From a virus (taxonomy: Duplodnaviria > Caudoviricetes): a DNA stretch of 46,410 bases. Of the stretch, positions 1 through 8,338 are shown in pieces. Position 1 is the first letter of the stretch, and each line of letters starts with the position of its first letter. The notes under the pieces were generated by a model. It ran no database searches and had not been told where the DNA came from. It worked only from the letters and a program-made list of their open reading frames with translations. The stretch covers positions 1 to 46,410 of the IMG/VR virus record IMGVR_UViG_3300033487_000012, one strand, 5' to 3'. The position numbers and the translations under genes are program-made.

Positions 1-351
1 GCGGCCGAACAAGCGGCCATCCGGGAAGCGGCCGACCGCCGACAGGCCGAACGGGTCGAGGCCGTGAAAAAGGCCAAAGCCCTTCTCCACGCGTTGCTGG
101 ACGAACAACAGCGTGCGCAGCTGGAACGGGACCGGTTCTTTGAGTTCGTGTCCCAGACCGGTCGGCGGATGCGGATCAAGCATGGGCATAGCCGCAACGT
201 CGATGAGTTGGGCGAAGACGGACGACGGCTTCGGACCCTGTGTGCCCATCCGTCGCGGATGGACCTGGTCGATGAGGACCACATGGTTGCGCAAGTTCTG
301 GCCTTGAAATACGATGAGGCCAGTTTCATGCGTGTGGCGAACGTCAGTTAA
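1..351 (+). CDS. Hypothetical protein, 5'-truncated by window
   Basis: Frame is open from base 1 (AAEQAAIREAADRRQAERVEAVKKAK...); stop overlaps the SD (taaggagg) of the next gene. Confidence 0.7.
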   Translation, partial: AAEQAAIREAADRRQAERVEAVKKAKALLHALLDEQQRAQLERDRFFEFVSQTGRRMRIKHGHSRNVDELGEDGRRLRTLCAHPSRMDLVDEDHMVAQVLALKYDEASFMRVANVS

Positions 352-360
352 GGAGGGCGT

Positions 361-1143
361 ATGGACATCGGGCTGGTGGCCGGGTTCGGACATCCCCTGG
401 GCGTGGAACGGCTAGCCGCGATCCGGCAGCATGGGTTCACCCTGATTCGACAAGATGTGCAAACCGTCATGGGCCGCACGCCCGATGTCCCTGGCGTCAT
501 GGGAGAAGACGGACTGTGGGCGGCGGTCGGGGGGCGTTTCCTCTACATCGTGGATCACAAGACCATTCACGAGGTGCCGGATGGCTCCTGGATCGAATAC
601 CTAAATGAACCCGAGTACATCCCGCCCCTGGCGTATGCCGGGGATCTGACCGCGCTTCGGCCCGTCATTGACGCCAAGCGATTGGTCCTGTGGGCCGGGG
701 GCATCGGGAACCTGGACCGGGACTCGCTGCAGTGGTTATCGGAAGTAGTAAAGACCGCGCCCTGGGTGCTGGACATTTCGGTGCATCGGTATTGTCCGGA
801 CCCAGGGCAGACGCCCAGCAAGGCGCATCGGGGATTCCAGACCCGTGCGGACGAAGTCGCCGCCCTTCGCCAGATCATCGGCGCACGGCCTTTTCTCGTA
901 TCCGAGGTGGGGTATCATACCGCGTGGCGGCGGAAGTTTATTTTCTGGAAGACGCGCTTGTCCACCCGTGACCAGGCCACCCGGTTGACTATGGAACTGG
1001 ACTTCTGGGCCGCGCAGCCGGGGTGCGTGGCCGTCTGTGTCTATCAGGAGAACGACGGACCCGGCGAGCATTCGGCAGATAAGTATGGCCTTCGGACCGA
1101 GGCCGGGGCGTGGAAGACCACGACGAACTACAACAGGGGGTGA
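361..1143 (+). CDS. Putative clan GH-A (GH5/GH39-like) glycoside hydrolase, TIM barrel
   Basis: Strong SD aggagg; EYLNEPE acid/base-like motif, SVHRY, VSEVGY nucleophile-like motif, terminal YGL..W signature. Confidence 0.65.
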   Translation: MDIGLVAGFGHPLGVERLAAIRQHGFTLIRQDVQTVMGRTPDVPGVMGEDGLWAAVGGRFLYIVDHKTIHEVPDGSWIEYLNEPEYIPPLAYAGDLTALRPVIDAKRLVLWAGGIGNLDRDSLQWLSEVVKTAPWVLDISVHRYCPDPGQTPSKAHRGFQTRADEVAALRQIIGARPFLVSEVGYHTAWRRKFIFWKTRLSTRDQATRLTMELDFWAAQPGCVAVCVYQENDGPGEHSADKYGLRTEAGAWKTTTNYNRG

Positions 1144-1146
1144 CGG

Positions 1147-1338
1147 GTGCGCGACGGGCGGCAGACGATTATCGAGGTGTATTGGGACCAGGACGGGTGG
1201 CGCTTTCGCACCGTGAACCAGTCACGCCAGCTGGGGGACACGAGCTCGTTGTACGCCAGCAAAACCAAGTGTATGCGGGACGCGAAGTTGTGGCATCCAG
1301 GGGTGCCGGTATCCCTGGTACCGAAGGAGAACGTATGA
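1147..1338 (+). CDS. Small DUF1508/YegP-like protein
   Basis: IEVYWDQDGWRFR...SLYASKTKC resembles the DUF1508 pattern; GTG start after aggggg. Confidence 0.5.
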   Translation: MRDGRQTIIEVYWDQDGWRFRTVNQSRQLGDTSSLYASKTKCMRDAKLWHPGVPVSLVPKENV

Positions 1339-1565
1339 GCATAGGATGGCAATGCCCCCGGTGTGGACGGGTATACGCCCCGTACGTGGCCGAGTGTGAA
1401 CGATGTAATAGTCAGACGTATCCGGCGACGACGGGAACCGGCACCTACTCGGATCTGTGCCCGAACTGTAATCAGCCGAGGCACCTGCCCGGTCTGACCA
1501 GTTGCCCGGTGGGGAGCCATTACGCCACCTACACGTTACCCTTTGGAAGCCACACCACCACATGA
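1335..1565 (+). CDS. Small zinc-ribbon protein (76 aa)
   Basis: SD aaggag, ATG 1335 overlapping upstream stop; GWQCPRCGRVYAP..CERC..CPNC. Confidence 0.7.
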   Translation: MSIGWQCPRCGRVYAPYVAECERCNSQTYPATTGTGTYSDLCPNCNQPRHLPGLTSCPVGSHYATYTLPFGSHTTT

Positions 1566-1777
1566 AGGCAAAAGTCATTCGGTTGGTTGCGCCCGGCAGC
1601 ACCGCCCTCTGTTGTGCGTTCCGGGAGCCGTGGATGGGGCCGCACCCCTTGTGCGAGATGGAAACCATCCGGATTGTAGAGGAGTATCACGATGATCTCG
1701 CGAAGGGGATTCCTGACCGGGACGCTGGTCGCCGCGGGAGCCGCGGCCGGAACCGCGCTGTTGAAGGCCACGCCTGA
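1562..1777 (+). CDS. Possible small hypothetical protein
   Basis: ATGA overlap with upstream stop, but overlaps the next gene by 86 nt. Confidence 0.3.
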   Translation: MKAKVIRLVAPGSTALCCAFREPWMGPHPLCEMETIRIVEEYHDDLAKGIPDRDAGRRGSRGRNRAVEGHA

Positions 1778-2060
1778 CGAAATCAAGGCCTTTGGCAAGC
1801 CGCTGGTGGGGCCGGTAACCCTCATGCAGCCCGAACCCGTCCGGATTGGTGACGTGGTGCGGCCCATAGGGGAGCCGGGGGAGTTTGTCTACAATCACAA
1901 GGGCGATATCATCGGCGTCGTGTCGGAGATGGTCATTGAACGGAAACCGTGGGATGTGACCACCTATGGCTCGGAATACCGAGCGTACCAGTCCGGTCTG
2001 TTGGAAGTCCACTACAAGGTGGTCGGCACCGGATTTGCCCAGGTAAAGGTTGGACGATGA
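1692..2060 (+). CDS. Twin-arginine (Tat) signal peptide-containing protein
   Basis: SD gaggag; N-terminus MISRRGFLTGTLVAAGAAAGTALLKA matches S-R-R-x-F-L followed by an Ala/Gly-rich h-region. Confidence 0.75.
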   Translation: MISRRGFLTGTLVAAGAAAGTALLKATPDEIKAFGKPLVGPVTLMQPEPVRIGDVVRPIGEPGEFVYNHKGDIIGVVSEMVIERKPWDVTTYGSEYRAYQSGLLEVHYKVVGTGFAQVKVGR

Positions 2061-2740
2061 AAATTGCCCTTCGTCGCGCCCAGGAAAAGCAAGCCCAGGC
2101 GATGGTCCCCCCGCGCAGCGGCCGGTGCAACGCCATCCTGGCCAGTGGGAAGCGGTGTGCGCGGCCCAGTGGTAGCGGGACCACGCACGCGGGACTGGGG
2201 CCGTGCCATTTGCACCAGACCGCCAAGAAACCCTATGACCCAGTGCGCCGGTACCGGGACGCCATCGAGGACGGCAGCATTCGCGCCCGGTTGTCGAAGC
2301 TGGGTAAGGTAGAGGATGACCTCCTGGATTTGATGCCCGAGGTCCAGATGGTCCGTGCCTTGGTCATCGACTACATCAACCGGTATGACGAGATCACCGG
2401 GGCCATCATCGAGTGGAACCGGGATAAGGTCGGCCGTCCGCAAGCCGTGCCCGACATCACCCAGGCCGCGTCCCTGCTCGAAATGGTCACGCGCATGGTC
2501 GAGCGCATCCACCGCATCCAGACGACCGGGGCGGTATCCCTGGATACCTTCCGCCGCGTGCTGGAGGAAATGGGCATCGTCGTGGCTCGCCATGTGCGGG
2601 ACGGCGCGACGTTGGACAAGATCGAAGGCGATTGGGCGAAGATTTCGACCACCGACCGGGGTCAGGTCCAGGCGTTGCCCGAATCCCAGACCAACGCCAA
2701 GCACGCGTTGTCTCCGCCATCCGAGCGTGATGTATCTTAG
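2057..2740 (+). CDS. Probable terminase small subunit with N-terminal Cys/His zinc-finger-like region
   Basis: ATGA coupling at 2057; RCNA...KRC...GPCHLH motif then helical region; directly upstream of TerL. Confidence 0.6.
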   Translation: MKIALRRAQEKQAQAMVPPRSGRCNAILASGKRCARPSGSGTTHAGLGPCHLHQTAKKPYDPVRRYRDAIEDGSIRARLSKLGKVEDDLLDLMPEVQMVRALVIDYINRYDEITGAIIEWNRDKVGRPQAVPDITQAASLLEMVTRMVERIHRIQTTGAVSLDTFRRVLEEMGIVVARHVRDGATLDKIEGDWAKISTTDRGQVQALPESQTNAKHALSPPSERDVS

Positions 2741-2754
2741 TTGCCGCTTTCCCG

Positions 2755-2784
2755 TTGACTCAACCGCCGTCTGTCAGGGATAAT
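2755..2784 (+). promoter_or_regulatory. Candidate sigma70-type promoter for terL
   Basis: TTGACT(2755)-18 nt-GATAAT(2779) in the intergenic gap; ATG at 2793 has no clear SD, so possibly near-leaderless. Confidence 0.45.
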
Positions 2785-2792
2785 CCGCGCCG

Positions 2793-4400
2793 ATGAAACA
2801 GCCGCGCACCCTCGGGGATGTCTTGTTGCGACGACGGGCAGAGGCTACCTCCGCCTCGTCCCCGTTGATGCCAGCCATCTCGGGTCTTCGGGCCGCACGC
2901 GGCGACACCCCCAAGCAACAGCGCATCGCGGCGTGTGAAACCAGCATCGAGGCGTTTTGCAAGACCTATCTCCGTCACCACTTCAATAAGAAGTTTTGCG
3001 AGCTCCACCACGACATCTTCACGATTTGCGACGACACGACCCCCGGCAAACGCAAGGCCCGCATCGCGCCCAGAAAGTTCGGCAAGACCACCATCATCAG
3101 CTTGGCCAAACCCCTACAGGAACTTGCCTACAAGCGCAAGGAATTCATCCTGATGATTGGGGAGGCGGCAGCGGTCGCGGAATCCAACCTGGCCACCATC
3201 ATTCAGGAGTTGGATACCAACGAACTCCTCCTCCAGGATTTCCCCCACCTTGCCCCCGCGAAAGACCCCAAAGGCCAGATGATCAAATGGACGGACCGCC
3301 AGCTGGTCTTTGTCAGCGGGGCGACCGTCGTGGCCAAGGGCATGGGCAGCCGGATGCGCGGCCTGAAACACCGGCACGCTCGGCCCGACATGGCGATTCT
3401 GGACGATCCGGAGTCTCCCGAGACGGCCGACACGTTCCTGAAACGGCGGCGGCACAAGCGGTGGTTCGGCGGCACGTTCCTGGGTCTGGGTGCGTCGGAC
3501 TGGGATGTGTACGTCATCGGGAACTTACCGAATCACGATTGTCTGATAGCGGACTTGGTCAAGGATCCGGCATGGGATGGCCGGCTGTGGCGAGCGATCA
3601 ACATCCCCACTCGGAGAGATGAACGATATCCCTTGGGGAATACCCGAGTGGATGGTTCCGCACTCTGGCCCGAGGAGTGGTCGCTCGCCAAACTCGAAGC
3701 GTATAGAAAAGAACCAGAGGTCGGATCACTCGGCTTTGCGCGGGAGATGATGAATGACCCGCGTGAAGAAGAAGATAAGTCGTTCGACCCCGGCACGTTC
3801 ACCTATATCGAGTGGACGCCAGACATGCTGGCCACGTACGGAGCCATTCGGACCTACATCGACCCGGCCGGAGGCGAAAAGCCCGGTGAACTGAAACGGG
3901 GCAAACGGGACTGGTGCGTAGTGGTCACGGCTGGTCGGACCCAGAAAGAGGGATTCATCGACATCTTCGATGTAAAGATGAACCGCTTCCTTCCGAACAA
4001 GCAGATTCAGGTCATGTTGGACGCCTACGCCGTGTATGGGGCGCAGGAAATCGGCGTCGAGGAAAACATGTTCAAGAATCTGATTGCGCCCACCATCCAA
4101 GGCCTTGCGCGGAAACGCGGCCTCTACCCCAAGATTACCACCATCGTCAACACCAGTAACAAGATTAGCCGCATTCTAGGCATGCAGCCGTTGATTGAGA
4201 ATGGGGTCGTGCGCTTTGCCCGGCACCTAGTGGATAAGGTGCCCGAGTACTTTGGACAATTCGACGAGTTCCCGGCGGACTTTGACGATGGACCTGACGC
4301 CACCGAAGGCGTCGTGCGGATGTTGGAATCGGGACGACGTTCCTTCGGTCGGCTATCGGGGCCAACCGCGGCAAAGTCCTACTGGAAGGGAGTGGCCTGA
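2793..4400 (+). CDS. terL: Terminase large subunit
   Basis: Walker A APRKFGKTT, Walker B AILDDPE, nuclease motifs YIDPAGG and DDGPDA. Confidence 0.93.
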   Translation: MKQPRTLGDVLLRRRAEATSASSPLMPAISGLRAARGDTPKQQRIAACETSIEAFCKTYLRHHFNKKFCELHHDIFTICDDTTPGKRKARIAPRKFGKTTIISLAKPLQELAYKRKEFILMIGEAAAVAESNLATIIQELDTNELLLQDFPHLAPAKDPKGQMIKWTDRQLVFVSGATVVAKGMGSRMRGLKHRHARPDMAILDDPESPETADTFLKRRRHKRWFGGTFLGLGASDWDVYVIGNLPNHDCLIADLVKDPAWDGRLWRAINIPTRRDERYPLGNTRVDGSALWPEEWSLAKLEAYRKEPEVGSLGFAREMMNDPREEEDKSFDPGTFTYIEWTPDMLATYGAIRTYIDPAGGEKPGELKRGKRDWCVVVTAGRTQKEGFIDIFDVKMNRFLPNKQIQVMLDAYAVYGAQEIGVEENMFKNLIAPTIQGLARKRGLYPKITTIVNTSNKISRILGMQPLIENGVVRFARHLVDKVPEYFGQFDEFPADFDDGPDATEGVVRMLESGRRSFGRLSGPTAAKSYWKGVA

Positions 4401-5830
4401 TGGCAGTTCGGCGTGTGCGGAAATATCGGACCAGCGCGCAGACCCAAGCCAACTTCTCGGAAATCGGGCAGACCGGCCTGAACGAGATGTCGGGCACGCT
4501 ACGGGAGGAATTCCTTACCGAGCTACGAGGCAAGAACGGCATCCGTATTTACAAGGAGATGCGCGACAACGATCCGATTGTGGGATCGATCCTGTTCGCG
4601 GTCAGCATGTTGATTCGTCAGGCCAGTTGGCGGTTGGTTCCCGCGACCGAGGACGCGGGGGCCGTCGAGGTGGCCGAGTTCGTCAACAGTTGTCGGACAG
4701 ACATGTCGATGCCGTGGGGCGACCTGATGAGCGAGGTGCTCACCATGTTGCCGTTCGGCTGGGCCTGGATGGAAACAGTCTACAAGAAACGGATGGGACC
4801 AACCCAGGACGAGAATTCCAGCCGGTATACGGACGGCAAAATCGGCTGGAAGAAGATGGCCCCCCGGTCACAGGACACGATGAGCAAGTGGATCTTCGAT
4901 CCCGTGGGCAATGTCGTGGCCATGGAACAGCGGACGCCACAAGGTCAGACGTTGACCATCCCGTACAGCAAATCCCTCCTCTTCCGCACCGAATCGAACA
5001 AGAACAGTCCCGAGGGACGCAGCGTCCTTCGCAACGCGTATCGCCCGTGGTACTTCAAGAAGCGCATTGAGGAGATTGAGGGCATCGGTGTGGAGCGCGA
5101 CCTGGCCGGGTTGCCCGTGATTCAGCCCCCAGAAGGGCTGGACCTGTGGGATCCCAACAACACGGCCGCACCCGCCTACCGGACCGAAGCCGAGACGATG
5201 GTCCGCAACATCCGGCGGGACGAACAGGAAGGGGTGCTGTTGCCGTTTGGGTGGACCCTGACATTGTTATCCACCGGGGGCAAGCGGAACTTCGACACCT
5301 CGGCCATCATCGACCGCTACAACAACAGTATCGCCATGACCATCCTGGCGGACTTCATTATCCTGGGCCACAACAACCGGTATGGATCGTTCGCGCTCTC
5401 GAGCAGCAAGACGCACATGTTCGGTCTGGCGATTGGCGGATGGCTGGATGCAATCCAGGATGTGTTCAACCGCTACGCGATTCCGCGTCTGTTGGCCGTG
5501 AACGGGATCGCGCCCGAGATGCAACCGTTCCTGGAACACGGCGACGTGGAGGTACCCGACTTGGTTGAGCTGGGTGACTACCTAGTGAAACTGAAGAACA
5601 CGGGGATGACCATGTTCCCCAGTGAACCGCTGGAACGGCACCTGTTGTCGTTGGCCAAGATTCCGTTGGAGGGCGTGGAACTGGGACGGGAAGCGCCGCA
5701 GCCGGAACCGACCGGTGCCTTTGGTCAGGCACCCGCAGGGGCCAAGCCCAACCGGGGACCGGAAAAACCACCGGAGCGGAAGGAAACGCGGAAAGAAGAC
5801 GAAGACGACGATGACGATGAGGACGAATAA
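4400..5830 (+). CDS. Portal protein (DUF935/Mu gp29-like)
   Basis: Follows TerL; PEGRSVLRNAYRPWYFK, IGVERDLAGLP, GSFALS motifs; acidic C-terminal tail. Confidence 0.9.
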   Translation: MAVRRVRKYRTSAQTQANFSEIGQTGLNEMSGTLREEFLTELRGKNGIRIYKEMRDNDPIVGSILFAVSMLIRQASWRLVPATEDAGAVEVAEFVNSCRTDMSMPWGDLMSEVLTMLPFGWAWMETVYKKRMGPTQDENSSRYTDGKIGWKKMAPRSQDTMSKWIFDPVGNVVAMEQRTPQGQTLTIPYSKSLLFRTESNKNSPEGRSVLRNAYRPWYFKKRIEEIEGIGVERDLAGLPVIQPPEGLDLWDPNNTAAPAYRTEAETMVRNIRRDEQEGVLLPFGWTLTLLSTGGKRNFDTSAIIDRYNNSIAMTILADFIILGHNNRYGSFALSSSKTHMFGLAIGGWLDAIQDVFNRYAIPRLLAVNGIAPEMQPFLEHGDVEVPDLVELGDYLVKLKNTGMTMFPSEPLERHLLSLAKIPLEGVELGREAPQPEPTGAFGQAPAGAKPNRGPEKPPERKETRKEDEDDDDDEDE

Positions 5831-6045
5831 TGTCTGCTGCCTTTGTCCCAGCGTACCCTTCTCGCCCTCGGACACGCACGACCAACGTCCAAGAAGCGGT
5901 GACCCTGCAACTGACCCAGATGCGCGAAATGCTCGACGCCGCACGGGACGTGAGGGCCGTGACCATCAGCGTCAAAATGAAGAACGGGACACCGACCGTT
6001 CGAGCGGTCGTGGTGCAGATTGATACCGAGATGGCAATAGAGTGA
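5830..6045 (+). CDS. Hypothetical protein (71 aa)
   Basis: TAATG stop-start coupling with portal. Confidence 0.6.
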   Translation: MSAAFVPAYPSRPRTRTTNVQEAVTLQLTQMREMLDAARDVRAVTISVKMKNGTPTVRAVVVQIDTEMAIE

Positions 6046-6053
6046 AAAAATCG

Positions 6054-6082
6054 TTGACACGCCCCCCGTGTAGTGGTAGTTT
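6054..6082 (+). promoter_or_regulatory. sigma70-type promoter for the head/tail operon
   Basis: TTGACA(6054-59)-17 nt-TAGTTT(6077-82) with extended TG at 6074-75 and an upstream A-tract. Confidence 0.7.
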
Positions 6083-6120
6083 CTAGACAGGCCATACGCT
6101 CGTCCGTCAGAGGGGTGGAG

Positions 6121-6163
6121 ACGGGACGCACACCGAGTATTCGGTTGCGCGTCCCGTTTTTTT
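6121..6163 (+). terminator. Intrinsic terminator in the leader downstream of the promoter
   Basis: ACGGGACGC/GCGTCCCGT outer stem, ACCGA/TCGGT inner stem, followed by a 7-T run. Confidence 0.7.
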
Positions 6164-6174
6164 GTAGGGGAGTG

Positions 6175-6558
6175 ATGGTGCAAGTCATCAAAACCGACGC
6201 CAAACGCCAACAGGTCTTCGGATGGGCCAGTATCGCCATGTCCGCCGACGGAGAAGCCGTCGTGGATTCCTACCAGGACATCATCATTCCAGAAGACTTG
6301 GAAGACGCGGCCTATGACTTCGTGCTGAGGTTCCGCGACCTGAACGAACGGCATGAAGGACCAGTGCAGGGCCACCTGATTGAATCGCTGGTTGTGACCC
6401 CGGAAAAACTCGAGAAGATGGGCCTGGACAGTTCGGCCCTTCCCGTGGGATGGTGGGTCGGGTTCTGGGTGCCGGATCCGAGTGTGTTCGCCAAGATTGA
6501 ATCCGGCGAATACACCATGTTCTCTATCGAAGGCCGCGCCGAGCGCGTCCCGGCATAA
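6175..6558 (+). CDS. XkdF-like putative prohead serine protease
   Basis: SD agggg before ATG 6175; VFGWAS, D..QD, ERH, GWWVGF, GEYTMFSIEG motifs. Confidence 0.85.
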   Translation: MVQVIKTDAKRQQVFGWASIAMSADGEAVVDSYQDIIIPEDLEDAAYDFVLRFRDLNERHEGPVQGHLIESLVVTPEKLEKMGLDSSALPVGWWVGFWVPDPSVFAKIESGEYTMFSIEGRAERVPA

Positions 6559-6578
6559 GGGAAGGTAGGAGGGGCGAC

Positions 6579-7175
6579 ATGCCGTATCGGTTGCGCGACC
6601 TGACCATATCCAAGGTTGCGCTCGTGCCAAAGGGTGCCAATCCTGGCGCTCACATCGTGTTGTTCAAGCACGATCCCTCGACACCGGGGCCGTCATCCGA
6701 TCTTACGGTGGCGGGTGCCCCTGCCCCGGCAATCGCTGCCGTATCGGATGCGGCCCCGGTTTCGAGAGAGCTGGTCTCCTTCGCGGGGCCGGGGGCAACG
6801 TGGCCCATTACCACATCCCAGGACGTGACGGCTGTCGTTCGGGCGCTGTCCCGTCCGAACAAGCTTTCGCCGGTCGTGCGCGAAAGGATCAAACGTCGAA
6901 CGATTGCCTTGGCCAAGGCGAAGGGGCCGACGTTCGAGGCGAGGCTACCCCCAGCATGGCGAGTGGCCAAAGTACAGTTCACCGATGTCCAGTCGGATTA
7001 TGAACTGATGGAAAAGAAGGAAGAAGCGTGGGAGGCCATCTCAGCGTATATGGACTCGTTGAGATTGGCGATGGGCATGACTCTGTTCGCAGGGGACGGC
7101 CCGATGTCCGATATCGACAAGTCCATTGGTCAGTTCCGTGACGCGGTGGCCACTGCGCTTGCGGACGTTTCTTGA
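6579..7175 (+). CDS. Head maturation-associated protein (protease C-terminal-like segment plus helical domain)
   Basis: LRDLTISKVALVPKGANPGA resembles the EVSLV..PAN end of HK97-type proteases; internal FAGPG..WPI...IKRR..A segment. Confidence 0.6.
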   Translation: MPYRLRDLTISKVALVPKGANPGAHIVLFKHDPSTPGPSSDLTVAGAPAPAIAAVSDAAPVSRELVSFAGPGATWPITTSQDVTAVVRALSRPNKLSPVVRERIKRRTIALAKAKGPTFEARLPPAWRVAKVQFTDVQSDYELMEKKEEAWEAISAYMDSLRLAMGMTLFAGDGPMSDIDKSIGQFRDAVATALADVS

Positions 7176-7188
7176 AGGAGAGAACGAC

Positions 7189-7776
7189 ATGAAGGTATCC
7201 ATCGACCGAGCCAAGCTGAGCCCGGAAGAGACGGCTCGCCTGGACGAGCTCGAAGCTCTGGCCAAGCAGCACGAGCCCGAACCGGAGCCGGAACCGGAAC
7301 TCCCGGACACGGTGCGGAAGGAGCTCGCGGACCAGAAGGAGGCGATTGCCAAGAAGGACGCCGAGAACGAGGCGCTCCGCCAGGAAATCGCCAAGCGCGA
7401 CGAGGACATCGCGAAGGCCGCGTTCATCAAGGCCGAAGCGGGGACGATTCCGGCGCTGCCCGGTACGGCCGACGAGAAGGGAGCGGTGCTGTACACGTTG
7501 TCGAAGGCTCTGGCCAAGGAGGACTACGACAAGGTGGTCACGTTGCTCAAGGCCGGGGACGCGGCGGTGGCCGCTGCCGTGGCCGCGACAGCCGAGGTCG
7601 GGACGACCGTGGCCCTGACGGGCGAGACGCCTCTGGACCAGATCACGGAACTGGCCAAGGCCAAGGTCGAAAAGGGCGAGGCCAAGTCCCTGGCGCTGGC
7701 CATTGACCTGGTCACCCGCGAACACCCGGAACTGGCCTCCGCGCATCTGAGCAAGCGCGGCACGGTCGTCGAGTAA
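7189..7776 (+). CDS. Capsid scaffolding protein
   Basis: SD aaggag; charged Ala/Glu/Lys coiled coil, EPEPEPE linker, C-terminal HPEL; upstream of capsid genes. Confidence 0.75.
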   Translation: MKVSIDRAKLSPEETARLDELEALAKQHEPEPEPEPELPDTVRKELADQKEAIAKKDAENEALRQEIAKRDEDIAKAAFIKAEAGTIPALPGTADEKGAVLYTLSKALAKEDYDKVVTLLKAGDAAVAAAVAATAEVGTTVALTGETPLDQITELAKAKVEKGEAKSLALAIDLVTREHPELASAHLSKRGTVVE

Positions 7777-7804
7777 CCCGTCAGACATCAGAGGAGACAA
7801 CGAC

Positions 7805-8194
7805 ATGGCATTCGAGATTCCCGGCACTCAGTACTCGTTCGTCGCGCACGCGGACCTGCGCACGAAGCGGTACTACTTCGTGAAGATGGACACGGACGCG
7901 GAAGTGGACGTGTGCTCGGCCGTGACGGATCAGCCCATCGGCATCCTGCAGAACACCCCGAACGTGGGCGAGATGGCGACCGTCATGGTGAACGGCATCT
8001 CCAAGGTCGTCGCCGAAGTCAACCTGGCCAAGAACGACCCGGTCGGCACGCACGACAACGGCAAGGCCGATGTGTACGCCTACGGCACGGACACCACGAA
8101 GTACATCGTGGGCCGTGTGCTGCTCGACAACTCGACGGCGGATGGTCTGGCGACCATCATCTTCAACTGCATCGGCGTCGGCCGGGCGACCTAA
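7805..8194 (+). CDS. Head decoration/cement protein (DUF2190-like)
   Basis: PIGILQN...G.SKV pattern; between scaffold and MCP. Confidence 0.7.
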   Translation: MAFEIPGTQYSFVAHADLRTKRYYFVKMDTDAEVDVCSAVTDQPIGILQNTPNVGEMATVMVNGISKVVAEVNLAKNDPVGTHDNGKADVYAYGTDTTKYIVGRVLLDNSTADGLATIIFNCIGVGRAT

Positions 8195-8338
8195 CGGGTA
8201 ACTGGCCGTGCAACTACGGACGTTACAGCTTCACCTTGTATTTATCCGCCTCATCCGGGGTGGGTGTTCGGCATGGGAAGCGTGGGTCCGTGAGCAGTTG
8301 GCCGCGTTGAAACAGACTTCTGAACAGGAGCAGAAAAC

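Noticed and set aside
5720-5780. Possible third copy of the dispersed intergenic element at the portal 3' end (CCCGCAGGGGCC...GGAAAAA)
   Set aside because: Only short partial matches in GC-rich coding sequence; lacks the GGGGGGTATCCC core
8195-8338. tRNA in the decoration-MCP gap
   Set aside because: No TTCGA T-loop or cloverleaf spacing; kept only as a generic structured element
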